DNA from: Macrostomum lignano
Lineage: Eukaryota
Assembly (NCBI GenBank): GCA_002269645.1
Contig: NIVC01002746.1
Span: 1-64,000, forward strand
Length of the DNA stretch: 64,000 nucleotides
Direction of reading: 5' to 3'
The position numbers and the translations under genes are program-made. Within the stretch, counting starts at the first letter, position 1, and each line of letters starts with the position of its first letter. This document shows, one piece after another, positions 13,057-27,215 of the stretch. A model generated the notes under the pieces. It was not told where the DNA came from. It saw only the letters and a program-made list of their open reading frames with translations, and made no database searches.

Positions 13057-16000
13057 ATGGGCAAGAAAAATCAGCAGCCCAGAACTAAAGGCAACGCCAA
13101 GCCTTCCAGTAGTCAATCTGCTGCAGAGTTTCTTCAGCGACATCAACAATCTATGCTGATTGGCTTCGATGGCACGCTGACTACGGTAGCTTCTACGGCC
13201 GCGCCAGATGCTAGCTCTTCTCTTCTAGAAGCAGCAGCTGCGGGGGCAGCAGCGCCAGCTGATCCGGGCTTCCTTCCGGCAACAGAAGAAGCCGCACAGC
13301 AGCTGGATTCTGCACTCGACTCTGAGCTGCATTTCGTTCTGCGTAGATTAGCCAAGAAAGACGCCGTAACTAAACAGAAAGCGCTAGCCGAACTATTCGG
13401 CTTGTTTACTAATCGATCTGATGAAGCTTTGGAAGCTGCGCTGCCTTATTGGATTCGACTGTACGCTCGTCTGGCACTGGACAGCGACAGGCGAGTCCGC
13501 GAACTGTGCCAGCCAATCACGGGCGAGCTGGCGGCCAGGCTTAAGAAACGATTTGCGCCCAACCTGTTAAGGGAGACTCTGCCCTACTGGCTGATGGCTC
13601 AGGCTGACCCGGCCGAGTCGGTGGCTTCGGCCGCTCGAACGGCGTTTCAGCGGGCGTTTAGTGAGGCCAAGCGCTGCTCGGCTGTGGCGTTCGCGTTCGA
13701 TCGGACTTTGCAGGTGATTGTTTATGCTATCTGTTGTTTTGATCGGACTTTGCAGGTGATTGTTTATGCTATCTGTTGTTTTGTTCGGACTTTGCAGGTG
13801 ATTGTTTATGCTATCTGTTGTTTTGTTCGGACTTTGCAGGTGATTGTTTATGCTATCTGTTGTTTTGATCGGACTTTGCAGGTGATTGTTTATGCTATCT
13901 GTTGTTTTGATCGGACTTTGCAGGTGATTGTTTATGCTATCTGTTGTTTTGATCGGACTTTGCAGGTGATTGTTTATGCTATCTGTTGTTTTGTTCGGAC
14001 TTTGCAGGTGATTGTTTATGCTATCTGTTGTTTTGATCGGACTTTGCAGGTGATTGTTTATGCTATCTGTTGTTTTGTTCGGACTTTGCAGGTGATTGTT
14101 TATGCTATCTGTTGTTTTGATCGGACTTTGCAGGTGATTGTTTATGCTATCTGTTGTTTTGATCGGACTTTGCAGGTGATTGTTTATGCTATCTGTTGTT
14201 TTGATCGAACTTTGCAGGTGATTGTTTATGCTATCTGTTGTTTTGATCGGACTTTGCAGGTGATTGTTTATGCTATCTGTTGTTTTGATCGGACTTTGCA
14301 GGTGATTGTTTATGCTATCTGTTGTTTTGTTTATAACAACAGCCTGCAAACGAACAACCGAAATGAAGGTCAGGGGTTCGATTCTTCACCCACTCGAAAC
14401 TATTTGTGTCTTTTGAGCAAGACACTTAACACTGTTTTGCTTCAGTTCGTCCAGCTGTAAAATGGGTGCCAGCATTAGCTGGGGTGAGGGTTTGTGTGGC
14501 GACCCACCAATCCCTGGACTGAACAGCCGTACGCAGCCTTCAGATGCGCCGCGCAATAGCTGCGGCTGAGCTGTCGGTTGCACATCTGGCCCAATTGTGG
14601 CAGGTGTAATTAAGTATTATTATTATTATTACTCCCAAGCAGTTACAAGCCGCTCCAAGCCACAGATACTAGAATAACTAGATAGGCCACTCAGCTGTCT
14701 CAGCACATTTATGTGCAAGCTACTTGAAGTTCAGTAGTAAGTTAAACTGAAGCATTTTAATGTATTTTTAAAGACAAGGCTTTTTTATTGGCTCTTACCC
14801 CCCCCCCAAGCTTAAACCCTCAAACTCCACATAGAACCTCTACCCCTGCCCCGCTACCCAATTTTTATAGCCTTCCTCGGTTGTTTCAGCCTAAATCTGC
14901 CTTGTACAATTCAGTGGCTAATACAGTACATTACTGCTGAACCAATTAGCAAGTTGTTTACGTCTGCAAGCTTGGGGCTTCTAAACTTATCATTTATCAA
15001 ATCCATCTCATTCTCAGCCGCCTTTATTCTTATAAAATAGCTTATGTATTCTTCTTTGCTACTGAACTGAAAGTAGAAAGCTGTTTTGCGAAGTATATGT
15101 GCCATAGATAACCATTCATTAGAGAAATGCTTTGTTAGCCAAAAAAGTTTGCTAGGGATAAAAATATATAATAATAATCTTAGTAAAAATATCTGGTCTG
15201 TAGGCTTGATACAGCAACACCTCCCCTCCCAGCTCACCTGCCGAACTTCCCGAGTTTAAATTTTCTTACAGCAGAAAAAGCTAAAGTATTGAAAATTTGT
15301 TACTTGGTTTTTCACAGCTAGTTAATAATTGTAATGCGCAATGCAATCCATTCAAAATGCCACATTGAAATTTTATAATATAAAATGAAACACACCTAAA
15401 GTTATGAGCAATCAAAGCGCAATTATGAGGCTCTTCCTACAGTTCTCGCGCACCCCCTTCATGGCATATTCAAAGTGTCCTGTAAAATTGCTATTAAAAG
15501 CCTGTTAATATCGCCCTACTAATCCCAACACTGCTCACCAGGTTGCCATGGAGACACTCGACACATCGGCACCTTTAAAGCCAAGCGACCCCAGTCTGCT
15601 CGACTCGACCAATTGCGATTTCACCCGTTTGGTCTGCTCAGCACTGGGCTGCCTGCAATACTTGTTAAATAGCATTTCTTTAGGTTCGGAGTCGCGTCAT
15701 CGGGTTGCTATGGTAACGGCCCTGTCGGGTCAATCGGTTTGGCGCTACTCCGCCCTGTGCCAACAGTCCACGCCATTATCGGCTGCTCATCTCCGCTTAG
15801 CAACCGCCGTCTGTTCAACATTCCATGATCAATCATCAGTTGCTGAGGCAGATTCTAATATCGAAGAGGAGGAAGCCAGTTATCGCCAGTTAGTTGACCG
15901 TGTTGCCAAGGGCAACGCAGATCTAGCCATGACCTGTCTATGGTCAGAGCAGCCCAGCTTGGCGCAGTGCGGCCTTGACGCCACGCTCACTCTAGCTGGG

Positions 16001-19000
16001 GCCCGACCGCAGCTGTGCTGGAATCAGCACGCGTTTCGTAAAAAATTTCTGCCACGATTGAAAACTTTCCTAAGCACACCCAGTCCGGCAGCTCTCGGCC
16101 GCCTGTTGTATCCCAGTCTGCTTCCATTGTTCAGCATTCTACCATTGAGCCCGAGCGTTGACAAAGAGCTTGAAGAGCTGGTTAATCTGTTGCAATTGCT
16201 TGCGGAAGCGACCATTTTGAATAATGAAAGTGCAGCAGCCAACCAGCAGTTGCTGTTGCCTTCTGCTGCTTTTATGGAATGCGCCCGATATTTGATTAAA
16301 TGCTCGCTGACTGCTTCTGCTGGTGCTGCTGGCAGCTCGTCTGCTTCTGGACCTATTATTCAGGGGCATGCGGAGCGGTTGGTTACACTTCTGTGCAGTG
16401 CCTGCGCCAAGGTTCGTATTTGTCTATACAATTCTACTACTGTGTTGAGTCTATCTGATAATCAATCGCTGAGTCTATCTGATAATCAATTGCTGAGTCT
16501 ATCTGATAATCAATCGCTGAGTCTATCTGATAATCAATTGCTGAGTCTATCTGATAATCAATCGCTGAGTCTATCTGATAATCAATCGCTGAGTCTATCT
16601 GATAATCAATTGCTGAGTCTATCTGATAATCAATCGCTGAGTCTATCTGATAATCAATCGCTGAGTCTATCTGATAATCAATCGCTGAGTCTATCTGATA
16701 ATCAATCGCTGAGTCTATCTGATAATCAATCGCTGAGTCTATCTGATAATCAATTGCTGAGTCTATCTGATAATCAATCGCTGAGTCTATCTGATAATCA
16801 ATCGCTGAGTCTATCTGATAATCAATCGCTGAGTCTATCTGATAATCAATCGCTGAGTCTATCTGATAATCAATAGCTGAGTCTATCTGATAATCAATCG
16901 CTGAGTCTATCTGATAATCAATCGCTGAGTCTATCTGATAATCAATCGCTGAGTCTATCTGATAATCAATCGCTGAGTCTATCTGATAATCAATCGCTGA
17001 GTCTATCTGATAATCAATCGCTGAGTCTATCTGATAGTCAATTGCTGAGTTTATCTGATAGTCAACCGCTGAGTCTATCTGATAGTCAATTGCTGAGTCT
17101 ATCTGATAGTCAATCGCTGAGTCTATCTGATAGTCAATCGCTGAGTCTATCTGATAATCAATCGCTGAGTCTATCTGAGAATCTTAATAAATCACGCTTG
17201 AAATTCCTAAATAAATGATTGATATTAGTAGTCTAGTATCGGATGTTAAAAGTACTCTATAATCAAACTATTAACCAACAACCCCACAGATCCTGACGGA
17301 CTCAAACCTGTCCAGTTTGGTGCCTTGCGCTTGTCTTAATTGGCTGCAATTAATCAGTCTGACAAGCAGTTGCAGTAACTCCAACCTGCCAGTCCAAGCT
17401 CTACTGGAATCTCTTAGTAGAAGCCTCCAACTTGGCCAGCCACTTCACTGCGCACTGGCCGCAAAACAACTGCGATCAACTATGAGTCTTGGCAGAGCTG
17501 AAATCGATTCTCAATTAAGATTGCTACTCTCTATTGATAGTGTCAATAGTAGTAGCAGTGGTATTAGTCTGAACAACACTGCAACAACAGAATTCGATTT
17601 TGATTGGCCGCCCAACTCTGCCGAATGGCTGCCAAGCGAGTTAGTAGATCAGATTGGTCAGTTTTATTGCAGTTTATCACCGTTGGCCAGCATAGGCTTT
17701 GGTCTGACCAGTTCGATTGGGTTGGATGAATTCCTATCAGCCTGGCTGACTGACATGTCTCCGGTGTTGGCTGGTCCAATGCTCAGTGCCACTTTGACTA
17801 TGGAGCCATCGGAATTAACCAGCTTGGCCAATCAGCTGTCTCCCGAACAGCTGTCTATGGCCCTAACCTACTGGCTAGAGCCTCTGTCTAGCAGAGCTGC
17901 CAACAAGCACCCGGCTGCTAATGCACTTTTAACTCAGCTTACTCAACGATTGGACACTTGGCTATCCAGCCTAGTAGAGTCATTGTTCTCGTCAGCTGAC
18001 GGTCTGACTAGAATTCGACCAGCTTTACATTTAATCAGTAGTAATCAGTCATCGGATCGACAATTTCCCGCTAGGAACTCTCTGCGTCCTCTACTGCTCC
18101 AGTTGTTATTTAAACGGTGCGAATTTGAACTGAATCAATATTCGGACTCGAAATTGTCCAACTCTACAACTAGCAGCTGTCTAGCTCAGAGATTAGCGGA
18201 TTTAGCTGATTTGCTTGACAATTTACTGGCTAAAGGTACTGAGTTAGGGCATGAGCTGCTCCAATTGCAATGCAGCATTGCTCAATTGATTGTCAACTGT
18301 TTAGCTAGCGACTTGAGTATGGACTCCGGCGGTACAGCACCCTGGCCGAAGTGTTTCAACTCCGGCGCCTCCTACAAGCCTGTCGCTATCTCCGCAGTTG
18401 AAGCCTTAGCCAATATTTCCGCTAGCAGTGAAAGTGCCGCTGTTCTCCTGTCTCCATTAGCTGATCAGTTCATTGACCTGGCTGATAGAGTCTGGCCTAG
18501 CGATTGGCGCCCCGATGCGGTTGGGGCATTGTTGCCGTCATGTTGGACAGACTACAAGCGCTGGTTGGTAAGCTTCGGTCCGCCAGAGTTCACTTTGCCT
18601 GCCGATCGACTGGTTGCAACTGGTAAATCTTTTAACCGGCTGCTATCGCTGGCTTCTTGCACTCTTAGTTCTAAACTTATCGCCTTAGCTGGTCAAACCG
18701 GACACATTGACGAGCTGCGACTCTTCCTGATCTGCGCCTGTTGGCTGTCGCAATCGTTTGCTAATCTGGTTAATCAGAGAATTCCTAATAATGAAATTAT
18801 TTATGCCGATATTTTCAGCTTGTTTAATCGTTGGCTGCAACAGCAGTCTGATGAGAATGAGGATACAACCAATAGTGATGATGGAGGAGAAGGCGATGCG
18901 GTTGTCCAGCTTCATTTGGCAGCTTTTGTTGATGTTGCGTTTGGCAATAAACGCGGTGAATTTGGCGATAAACTGCGCGAAAGATTTCTTAGTTTTGTGG

Positions 19001-22000
19001 CTTGCTCAGTGGCTGAGATTGATCGGTTGCTTCATGTCGGAGGTCGCGACTTCGAAGCTCTGGTGAGTTGTGCTCTTCACTTCTTCAGGCCATCGATACA
19101 ATGTTTGCTTAATCCTTTCATCTTGGCTGCTGATCCTCTCACTTGGCCCCTAATCCTTTCATTTTGGCTGCTAATCCCCTCACTTGGCCCCTAATCCTTT
19201 CATCTTGCCTGATGATCCCCTCACTTGGCCCCTAATCCTTTCATCTTGGCTGCTAATCCTTTCATTTTGGCTGCTAATCCTTTCATTTTTGCTGCTAATC
19301 CTTTCATTTTGGCTGCTAATCCCCTCACTTGGCCCCTAATCCTTTCATCTTGGCTGCTGATCCCCTCACTTGGCCCCTAATCCTTTCATTTTGACTGCTA
19401 ATCCTTTCATTTTGGCTGCTAATCCTTTCATTTTGGCTGCTAATCCTTTCATTTTAGCTGCTAATCCCCTCACTTGGCCCCTAATCCTTTCATCTTGGCT
19501 GCTGATCCCCTTACTTGGCCCCTAATCCTTTCATCTTGGCTGCTGATCCCCTCACTTGGCCCCTAATCCTTTCATCTTGGCTGCTAATCCCCTCACTTGG
19601 CCCCTAATCCTTTCATCTTAGCTGCTAATCCCCTCACTTTGCCCCTAATCCTTTCATCTTGGCTGCTAATCCCCTCACTTGGTCCCTAATCCTTTCATCT
19701 TGGCTGCTGATCCCCTCACTTGGCCCCTAATCCTTTCATCTTGGCTGCTGATCCCCTCACTTGGCCCCTAATCTTTTCATCTTGGCTGCTAATCCCCTCA
19801 CTTGGCCCCTAATCCTTTCATCTTGGCTGCTGATCCCCTCACTTGGCCCCTAATTCTTTCATCTTGGCTGCTAATCCTCTCACTTGTCTCTTCCTCTTTT
19901 CCGTTTAATCCCCATTCTCCCTAGTCTACTAGTCTTTCGACTTATTTTGATTTGCGATTAGTCTTCAGCTACTTATCTTGCAAACCCCAGGTGGCCTGTA
20001 CGCCCTCAGTCCTGGACACCCTGGCTGCCGGAGACTTCACCGACCACCGCCTAGCCGACGACACAGTCTGCCGACTTCTAGCTGGCTTGTCGGCAACTGG
20101 CAGTGAAGCCCGACCAATATTCGGTCGCAGGCTTCGCCTGGCCTCCGCAGTGCTGAGTAGCGAGCGCTACAGTCACGAGTGGCCGGTAGTGCATTCGGCT
20201 ATTGAAGCTCAGATCAGTGTCGATACGGAATTCCTACTGGACACTGGCGAGGCTCTGGTTGGCTGCGATCAGATCGAACGCATAGCTGACAATGCCACCG
20301 TGTTAGCCTGTCTGCAGTCGGCCGTGTCTAGATCTGATCTATCAAAATCCCAATGGGATTTCGCTTTGTGCTCGCTGACAGCTTGGCTGGCCGCGGCCGC
20401 TTCGCTGTCTGTGGATCAGCTGACTCGGCTGTCGGCGAGGCATCCGGCCTGGCGGCTGCTGTGCCGAGCCTGTCGGGTTGCCGCTGTGGCGGCCGACCGT
20501 TTGACTCCGGGTTCCGGCGGGTGCGGCTCAGCTTTGAGCAGCGTCAGATCCGAATGGCTGGAGTTCTTTGCCCCGCATCTGCTGGAGAGTCAGCTGGCTC
20601 TGTTTAATTTGACTGTCGATTTGAATGGCTTCGCCAGGTGCGGCTGGGAGATGGGATTCTAGGAATTGGGGGATTTGGAAGTTTGAAAAACTTTTAGATT
20701 AAGTAGGCTTGGGAGAAAAGCAACTTTGAGATTTATGGAGTTTTGGGGATAAAAGAGACGGTTGGGGATTTGAAATTCTTGAGGATTAGGGAGGTTTAGG
20801 GGATTGGGGAGGTTCGAGGATTAGGGAGGTTTAGGGGATTGGGGAGGTTCGAGGATTAGGGAGGTTTGGGGATTAGAGTCTTGAGGATTAGGGAGGTTTG
20901 GGGCTTAGACAGTCTTGAGGATTAGGGAGGTTTGGGGATTAGAGAGTCTTGAGGATTAGGGAGGTTTGGGGATTAGAGAGTCTTGAGGATTAGGGAGGTT
21001 TGGGGATTAGACAGTCTTGAGGATTAGGGAGGTTTGGGGATTAGAGAGTCTTGAGGATTAGGGAGGTTTGGGGATTAGAGAGTCTTGAGGATTAGGGAGG
21101 TTTAGGGGATTGGGGAGGTTCGAGGATTAGGGAGGTTTGGGGATTAGAGTCTTGAGGATTAGGGAGGTTTGGGGCTTAGACAGTCTTGAGGATTAGGGAG
21201 GTTTGGGGATTAGAGAGTCTTGAGGATTAGGGAGGTTTGGGGATTAGAGAGTCTTGAGGATTAGGGAGGTTTGGGGATTAGACAGTCTTGAGGATTAGGG
21301 AGGTTTGGGGATTAGAGAGTCTTGAGGATTAGGGAGGTTTGGGGATTAGAGAGTCTTGAGGATTAGGGAGGTTTGGGGATTAGAGAGTCTTGAGGATTAG
21401 GGAGGTTTGGGGATTAGAGTCTTGAGGATTAGGGAGGTTTGGGGCTTAGACAGTCTTGAGGATTAGGGAGGTTTGGGGATTAGAGAGTCTTGAGGATTAG
21501 GGAGGTTTGGGGATTAGAGAGTCTTGAGGATTAGGGAGGTTTGGGGATTAGAGTCTTGAGGATTAGGGAGGTTTGGGGATTAGAGTCTTGAGGATTAGGA
21601 AGGTTTGGGGATTAGGGAGTCTTGAGGATTAGGGAGGTTTGGGGATTAGAGAGTCTTGAGGATTAGGGAGGTTTGGGGATTAGAGAGTCTTGAGGATTAG
21701 GGAGGTTTGGGGATTAGAGAGTCTTGAGGATTAGGGAGGTTTGGGGATTAGAGTCTTGAGGATTAGGGAGGTTTGGGGATTAGAGAGTCTTGAGGATTAG
21801 GGAGGTTTGGGGATTAGAGAGTCTTGAGGATTAGGGAGGTTTGGGGATTAGAGTCTTGAGGATTAGGAAGGTTTGGGGATTAGAGTCTTGAGGATTAGGG
21901 AGGTTTGGGGCTTAGGGAGTCTTGAGGATTAGGGAGGTTTGGGGATTAGAGAGTCTTGAGGATTAGGGAGGTTTGGGGATTAGAGAGTCTTGAGGATTAG

Positions 22001-24080
22001 GGAGGTTTGGGGATTAGACAGTCTTGAGGATTAGGGAGGTTTGGGGATTAGAGAGTCTTGAGGATTAGGGAGGTTTGGGGATTAGTGAGTCTTGAGGATT
22101 AGGGAGGTTTGGGGATTAGAGAGTCTTGAGGATTAGGGAGGTTTGGGGATTAGAGAGTCTTGAGGATTAGGGAGGTTTGGGGATTAGAGAGTCTTGAGGA
22201 TTAGGGAGGTTTGGGGATTAGAGAGTCTTGAGGATTAGGGAGGTTTGGGGATTAGAGTCTTGAGGATTAGGGAGGTTTGGGGCTTAGGGAGTCTTGAGGA
22301 TTAGGGAGGTTTGGGGCTTAGGGAGTCTTGAGGATTAGGGAGGTTTGGGGATTAGGGAGTCTTGAGGATTAGGGAGGTTTGAGGATTAAGGAGGTTCGAG
22401 GATTAAGGAGGTTTTGTGGATTATGGAGTTTCGGAATTAAAGAGTTCTGTAAATTAGGTAGTTTGGAGTTCATAAAGTTTTTTTTCCTTTTTTATAGATC
22501 TTTTATAGATCGAGAGATATAAAAGGTATTTGGTATTGAGTAGCTGATAGGCATGAATAGACTGGTGAGTTACATAGCATTCAGAGTTTGTGAAAGCTTA
22601 AATTCTAGAACTGAGAGCTTTAAACCAGACTCAGAAAAATTCTGCGGGCAATTTTGAATCTATTGAATTGTTTAGCATCCCAAATCCCTACTGAAACCAA
22701 CCTAACTCCGCAGAGACAGCCTGTTAGCCCGGCTGTGCCTCGCCCTGTCCTCCTGCCCGCCGCCGGTGCTGCTGGCGCATCGATTTCCGCCGGAGCTTCG
22801 TGCGGACGACGCCACCCTGCTGGCCAGCGGCCTGACCCCGGCGCTGCAGACTCTGCTGAATCGGGCCAGCCGGTTGGCCTTCGATCCTCTGCAGCCAGCC
22901 CCCGTGTCGGCTGCCTTCGCCCAGCTGATTGTCGCCTCTCTGCCCACTGTCGCTGAGGGAGTCGCTACCGCAGCCGGCGCGGCCTTCTCGTCTGCTGGCG
23001 AGTTCGGACAGGTAAGGTTATCTACTGTCTATCGAGTTCATAGCGAACTTTTCCAACAGTACTCTTTTTACTTAAAAATTCGGCTTAAAATTAAAGTGCG
23101 TGTGTACTTGAATCAAAGTGTGCGTGTACTTGACTCAAGGTGCGCGTGTACTTGAATCAAAGTGCGCGTGTCCTTGAGCAAAGTGCGCATGTACTTAATT
23201 AAGTTGCGCGTGTACTTGAATCAAAGTGCTCGTGTAGTTAAAATAAAAATAACACGCTTGCCTAAATTACCTCAAAGCATATTAACAATTACTTTGACAG
23301 AAGTACAAACAAGTGTGCAAAAAGTACATCAATCCACATCCTACGCGCAGGACTCCGCCTCCGACGCCGCGGCCGCCTCCGCCCCCGTGCCCTACTGCCT
23401 TCACGAGCGCCTCAGCCAATTCGCAGTGCCCGTCCCGGACCCGCTCTACTCCAGGCTGCTCTCTGCTGAGCCCGTCAGCGGCGCTTCCTGGCTGACTTCG
23501 CCCGGCGAATCCCGCCGCGCGGCCAGCCAGCTGTTGAACGGCTTGACGCTGCTACATCTTGTCCGGCTGGCCCGGCCGGCCGAGCTGCGGGCTCGCCTGG
23601 CCGAGTGGCTGAGCAGCAGCGGCTACTTCAATCAGCTGCTACTGATTGCCTGCCCACTGCTGCCGGCCAATCCCGCTGCGCCTGCCATGTTGCAGCCGCT
23701 GGGCGCTGACTGCGGCTCTTCTATTGGCTGGCGTTGTTACTATGGCAACGATGGTTTAGATCCGTCTAGCCTGGCCTTGGACCTGCTGGTGCTCACTCTG
23801 CGCCACGTGCCCGCCATGTTTCGCGATTGGCGCACCGGACTGACTGACAGGCGATTGGCAGGCGCTATTGACAAGTACGTCAGGAAGTGGGTGTCGCCCG
23901 TCCTGTGCCAGCACGAGCTGCGGCTGGTGCAGTCCGCCGCCGCCACCGCCTTCGGTTCGTCGGCAGCCAACGGAGCGGCTGAGGCGCGCGAATTGACAGT
24001 GAAAGCCAGGCCTGCCGCTCGGGAGATTGTGGCGTCCTATCAGGTGAGGACAGACGGACAGACAGACAGACACTAAGACC

Positions 24081-24124
<44 letters not shown>

Positions 24125-24156
24125 GGCAGACGGACAGGCAGACAGACACTAAGACC

Positions 24157-24208
<52 letters not shown>

Positions 24209-24227
24209 CTAAGACCGACAGACAGGC

Positions 24228-24260
<33 letters not shown>

Positions 24261-24279
24261 CTAAGACCGACAGACAGGC

Positions 24280-24316
<37 letters not shown>

Positions 24317-24883
24317 CTAAGACCGACAGACAGACAGACAGACAGACAGACAGGCAGACAGGCAAGCAGACAGACAGACAGACACTAAGACAGACAGACA
24401 CAGACACAGGCTCCAAGGTAGACAGACAATAACTATCAGCTAATGACACCCTACCAATGAACACCGCTTCCACCCCAGGTGACGGACGAGCACTCGGCCG
24501 AGTTGCTAATCACTTTACCAGCGGATTATCCACTCGGCCATCCCAGCGTAGAGATCAGCAAGCGAGTCGGCATCCCTAGCAACGATTGGCGCCGTTGGCA
24601 ACTGCAGATGGCCGCCTTCCTGCGCAGTCAGAATGGCTCCCTATTGGACGGCATCGAGCTGTGGAAACGAAATGTTGATAAAAAGTTCGAAGGCGTTGAA
24701 GACTGCATGATCTGCTACAGTATTCTGCACGGCTCCAACTACAGACTGCCGGATCTGCAGTGCCGGGTGTGCCGCAAGCGGTTCCACCGGGCCTGCATGC
24801 GGCAATGGTTCGAGACCTCGCAGAATCCCACTTGTCCGCTGTGTCGGAACACCTTCGATTTTATTACTAGTAACAGGTCTTGA
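13057..24883 (+). CDS. LTN1: E3 ubiquitin ligase Listerin (ribosome quality control), 7 exons, about 1780 aa
   Basis: Exons 13057-13713, 15542-16411, 17290-19062, 19991-20637, 22714-23011, 23351-24043, 24479-24883. All junctions are GT-AG with compatible phases (0,0,0,2,0,0). Family signatures: N-terminus [30 protein letters not shown] and D.DRRVRE; RWD region LPADYPLG; C-terminal C4HC3 RING (CMIC..H..C..C..FH..C..W..CPLC). Confidence 0.95.
13699..14328 (+). repeat. 42-bp tandem repeat x15 spanning the LTN1 exon1/intron1 junction
   Basis: Unit GATCGGACTTTGCAG|GTGATTGTTTATGCTATCTGTTGTTTT; 15 units counted from the translation. Confidence 0.95.
14355..14630 (+). mobile_element. 5'-truncated tRNA-derived SINE in LTN1 intron 1
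   Basis: B-box GGTTCGATTC at 14365-14374. TGTGTCTTTTGAGCAAGACACTTAAC at 14405-14430 resembles the conserved CORE-type SINE block. (TAT)n tail at 14615-14630. Confidence 0.7.
16446..17179. repeat. 24-bp minisatellite in LTN1 intron 2
   Basis: Unit CTGAGTCTATCTGATAATCAATCG, about 30 copies. Confidence 0.95.
19108..19886. repeat. 41-bp (with 21-bp subunit) C-rich minisatellite in LTN1 intron 3
   Basis: Unit CCCCTCACTTGGCCCCTAATCCTTTCATCTTGGCTGCTGAT. Confidence 0.95.
20780..22415. repeat. 34/32-bp G-rich minisatellite in LTN1 intron 4
   Basis: Unit GAGGATTAGGGAGGTTTGGGGATTAGAGAGTCTT. Confidence 0.95.
23095..23235. repeat. Degenerate 22-bp repeat in LTN1 intron 5
   Basis: About 5-6 copies of AGTGCGCGTGTACTTGAATCAA. 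Confidence 0.75.
24051..24412. repeat. (GACA)n microsatellite in LTN1 intron 6
   Basis: Seen directly, with periodic CTAAGACC interruptions. Confidence 0.95.
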
Positions 24884-24924
24884 GGCCTGGGCGGAATCGC
24901 CTATCAGACAGATCAATAAGCCTA

Positions 24925-25822
24925 CCCTCAGACTTCCATAAACCCTACCTGAGAATCGCCCCTCAGACTACCATAAACCCTACCTGAGAATCGCCCATCA
25001 GACTATCATAAACCCTATTTGAGAATTTCTATCAGACTACCATAAAACCTACCTGAGAATCGTCCATCAGACTACCATAAAACCTACCTGAGAATCGCCC
25101 TCAGACTACTATAAACCCTACCTGAAAATCGCCTATCAGACTACCATAAATCCTACCTGAAAATCGCCCATCAGACTACCATAAATCCTACCTGAAAATC
25201 GCCCATCAGACTACCATAAATCCTACCTGAAAATCGCCCATCAGACTTCCATAAACCCTACCTGAGAATCGCCCCTCAGACTTCCATAAACCCTACCTGA
25301 GAATCGCCCTCAGACTACTATAAACCCTACCTGAAAATCGCCCATCAGACTACCATAAACCCTACCTGAGAATTTCTATCAGACTACCATAAAACCTACC
25401 TGAAAATCGCCCATCAGACTACCATAAACCCTACCTGAAAATCGCCCATCAGACTACCATAAACCCTACCTGAGAATTTCTATCAGACTACCATAAAACC
25501 TACCTGAAAATCGCCCATCAGACTACCATAAACCCTACCTGAAAATCGCCCATCAGACTACCATAAACCCTACCTGAGAATTTCTATCAGACTACCATAA
25601 ACCCTACCTGAAAATCGCCCATCAGACTACCATAAACCCTACCTGAGAATTTCTATCAGACTACCATAAAACCTACCTGAAAATCGCCCATCAGACTATC
25701 ATAAACTCTACCTGAGAATTTCTATCAGACCACCATAAAACCTACCTGAGAATCGCCCATCAGACTACCATAAACCCTACCTGAAAATCTCCCTTAGTCT
25801 ACCATAAAACCTACCTGAGAAT
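24925..25822. repeat. 35-bp minisatellite just 3' of the LTN1 stop
   Basis: Unit CAGACTACCATAAACCCTACCTGAGAATCGCCCAT. Confidence 0.95.
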
Positions 25823-26199
25823 TAAAATAAAATAAAGAATTATGGGTGGCAGGGCGCTTTTTAGGCTGCGTTATTTTGTCCATGCCTAATATGAATACTG
25901 TCAGGCAAAATTTTGCACTCTCCATTGTAAAACATGCACAGCAACAACTATGAGCGAATATGAAATCTATTACTATAAAAGCCGAAAAAATATATTGCAT
26001 TGAGCCTTGGTGAAGTGAATATTACATAAAATATGCATTGAAAAATAAACTTTTCTTCATATATGAAGCAAAAAGTTCACTGCTCTGTTATTCGTTGCTT
26101 TTATTTTGTTGCTTTTAGACAGAAAATATAGTTAATGCCGATGAAATCTGTAACATATGCCTAGATTTGCATGATTTTTTATTCATTTAAACAGAATCA

Positions 26200-27135
26200 G
26201 ATAGGTGTGGGATTTCCATGTTAAAAGAATCCCTAATTATGGGTGGGATTTCCTTGTTAAAAGAGTCCCCAATTAGGTGTGGGATTTCCTTGTTAAAAGA
26301 GTCCCTAATTAGGTGTGGATTTCCTTGTTAAAAGAGTCCCTAATTAGGTGTGGGATTTCCGTGTTGAAAGAGTCCCTAATTAGGTGTGGGATTTCCGTGT
26401 TAAAAGAGTCCCTAATTAGGTGTGGATTTCCTTGTTAAAAGAGTCCCTAATTAGGTGTGGGATTTCCGTGTTAAAAGAGTCCCTAATTAGGTGTGGGATT
26501 TCCGTGTTAAAAGAATCCCTAATTAGGTTTGGGATTTCCGTGTTAAAAGAATCCCTAATTAGGTGTGGGATTTCCGTGTTAAAAGAATCCCCAAATAGGT
26601 TTGGGATTTCCGTGTTAAAAGAATCCTTATTAGGTGTGGGATTTCCATGTTAAAAGAATCCCTAATTATGGGTGGGATTTCCGTGTTAAAAGAATCCCCA
26701 AATAGGTTTGGGATTTCCGTGTTAAAAGAATCCTTATTAGGTGTGGGATTTCCATGTTAAAAGAATCCCTAATTATGGGTGGGATTTCCTTGTTAAAAGA
26801 GTCCCCAATTAGGTGTGGGATTTCCTTGTTAAAAGAGTCCCTAATTAGGTGTGGATTTCCTTGTTAAAAGAGTCCCTAATTAGGTGTGGGATTTCCGTGT
26901 TGAAAGAGTCCCTAATTAGGTGTGGGATTTACGTGTTAAAAGAGTCCCTAATTAGGTGTGGATTTCCTTGTTAAAAGAGTCCCTAATTAGGTGTGGATTT
27001 CCATCTTAAAAGATTCCCTAATTAGGTGTGGGATTTCCTTGTTTAAAGAATCCTTAATTAGGTGTGGGATTTCCTTGTTTAAAAGAATCTAATTAGGTTT
27101 GGTGATTTCCGTCTTAAAGGAATCCCTAATCAGGT
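26200..27135. repeat. 36-bp minisatellite upstream of the ABRA exon
   Basis: Unit CCCTAATTAGGTGTGGGATTTCCGTGTTAAAAGAGT. Confidence 0.95.
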
Positions 27136-27215
27136 GTCGGATTCCCACATACAAAGAGTCAGTTAAGTGTGGAATTTGCACCCAAAAAATCCTCATTTTG
27201 CTCTAATATACTCAG

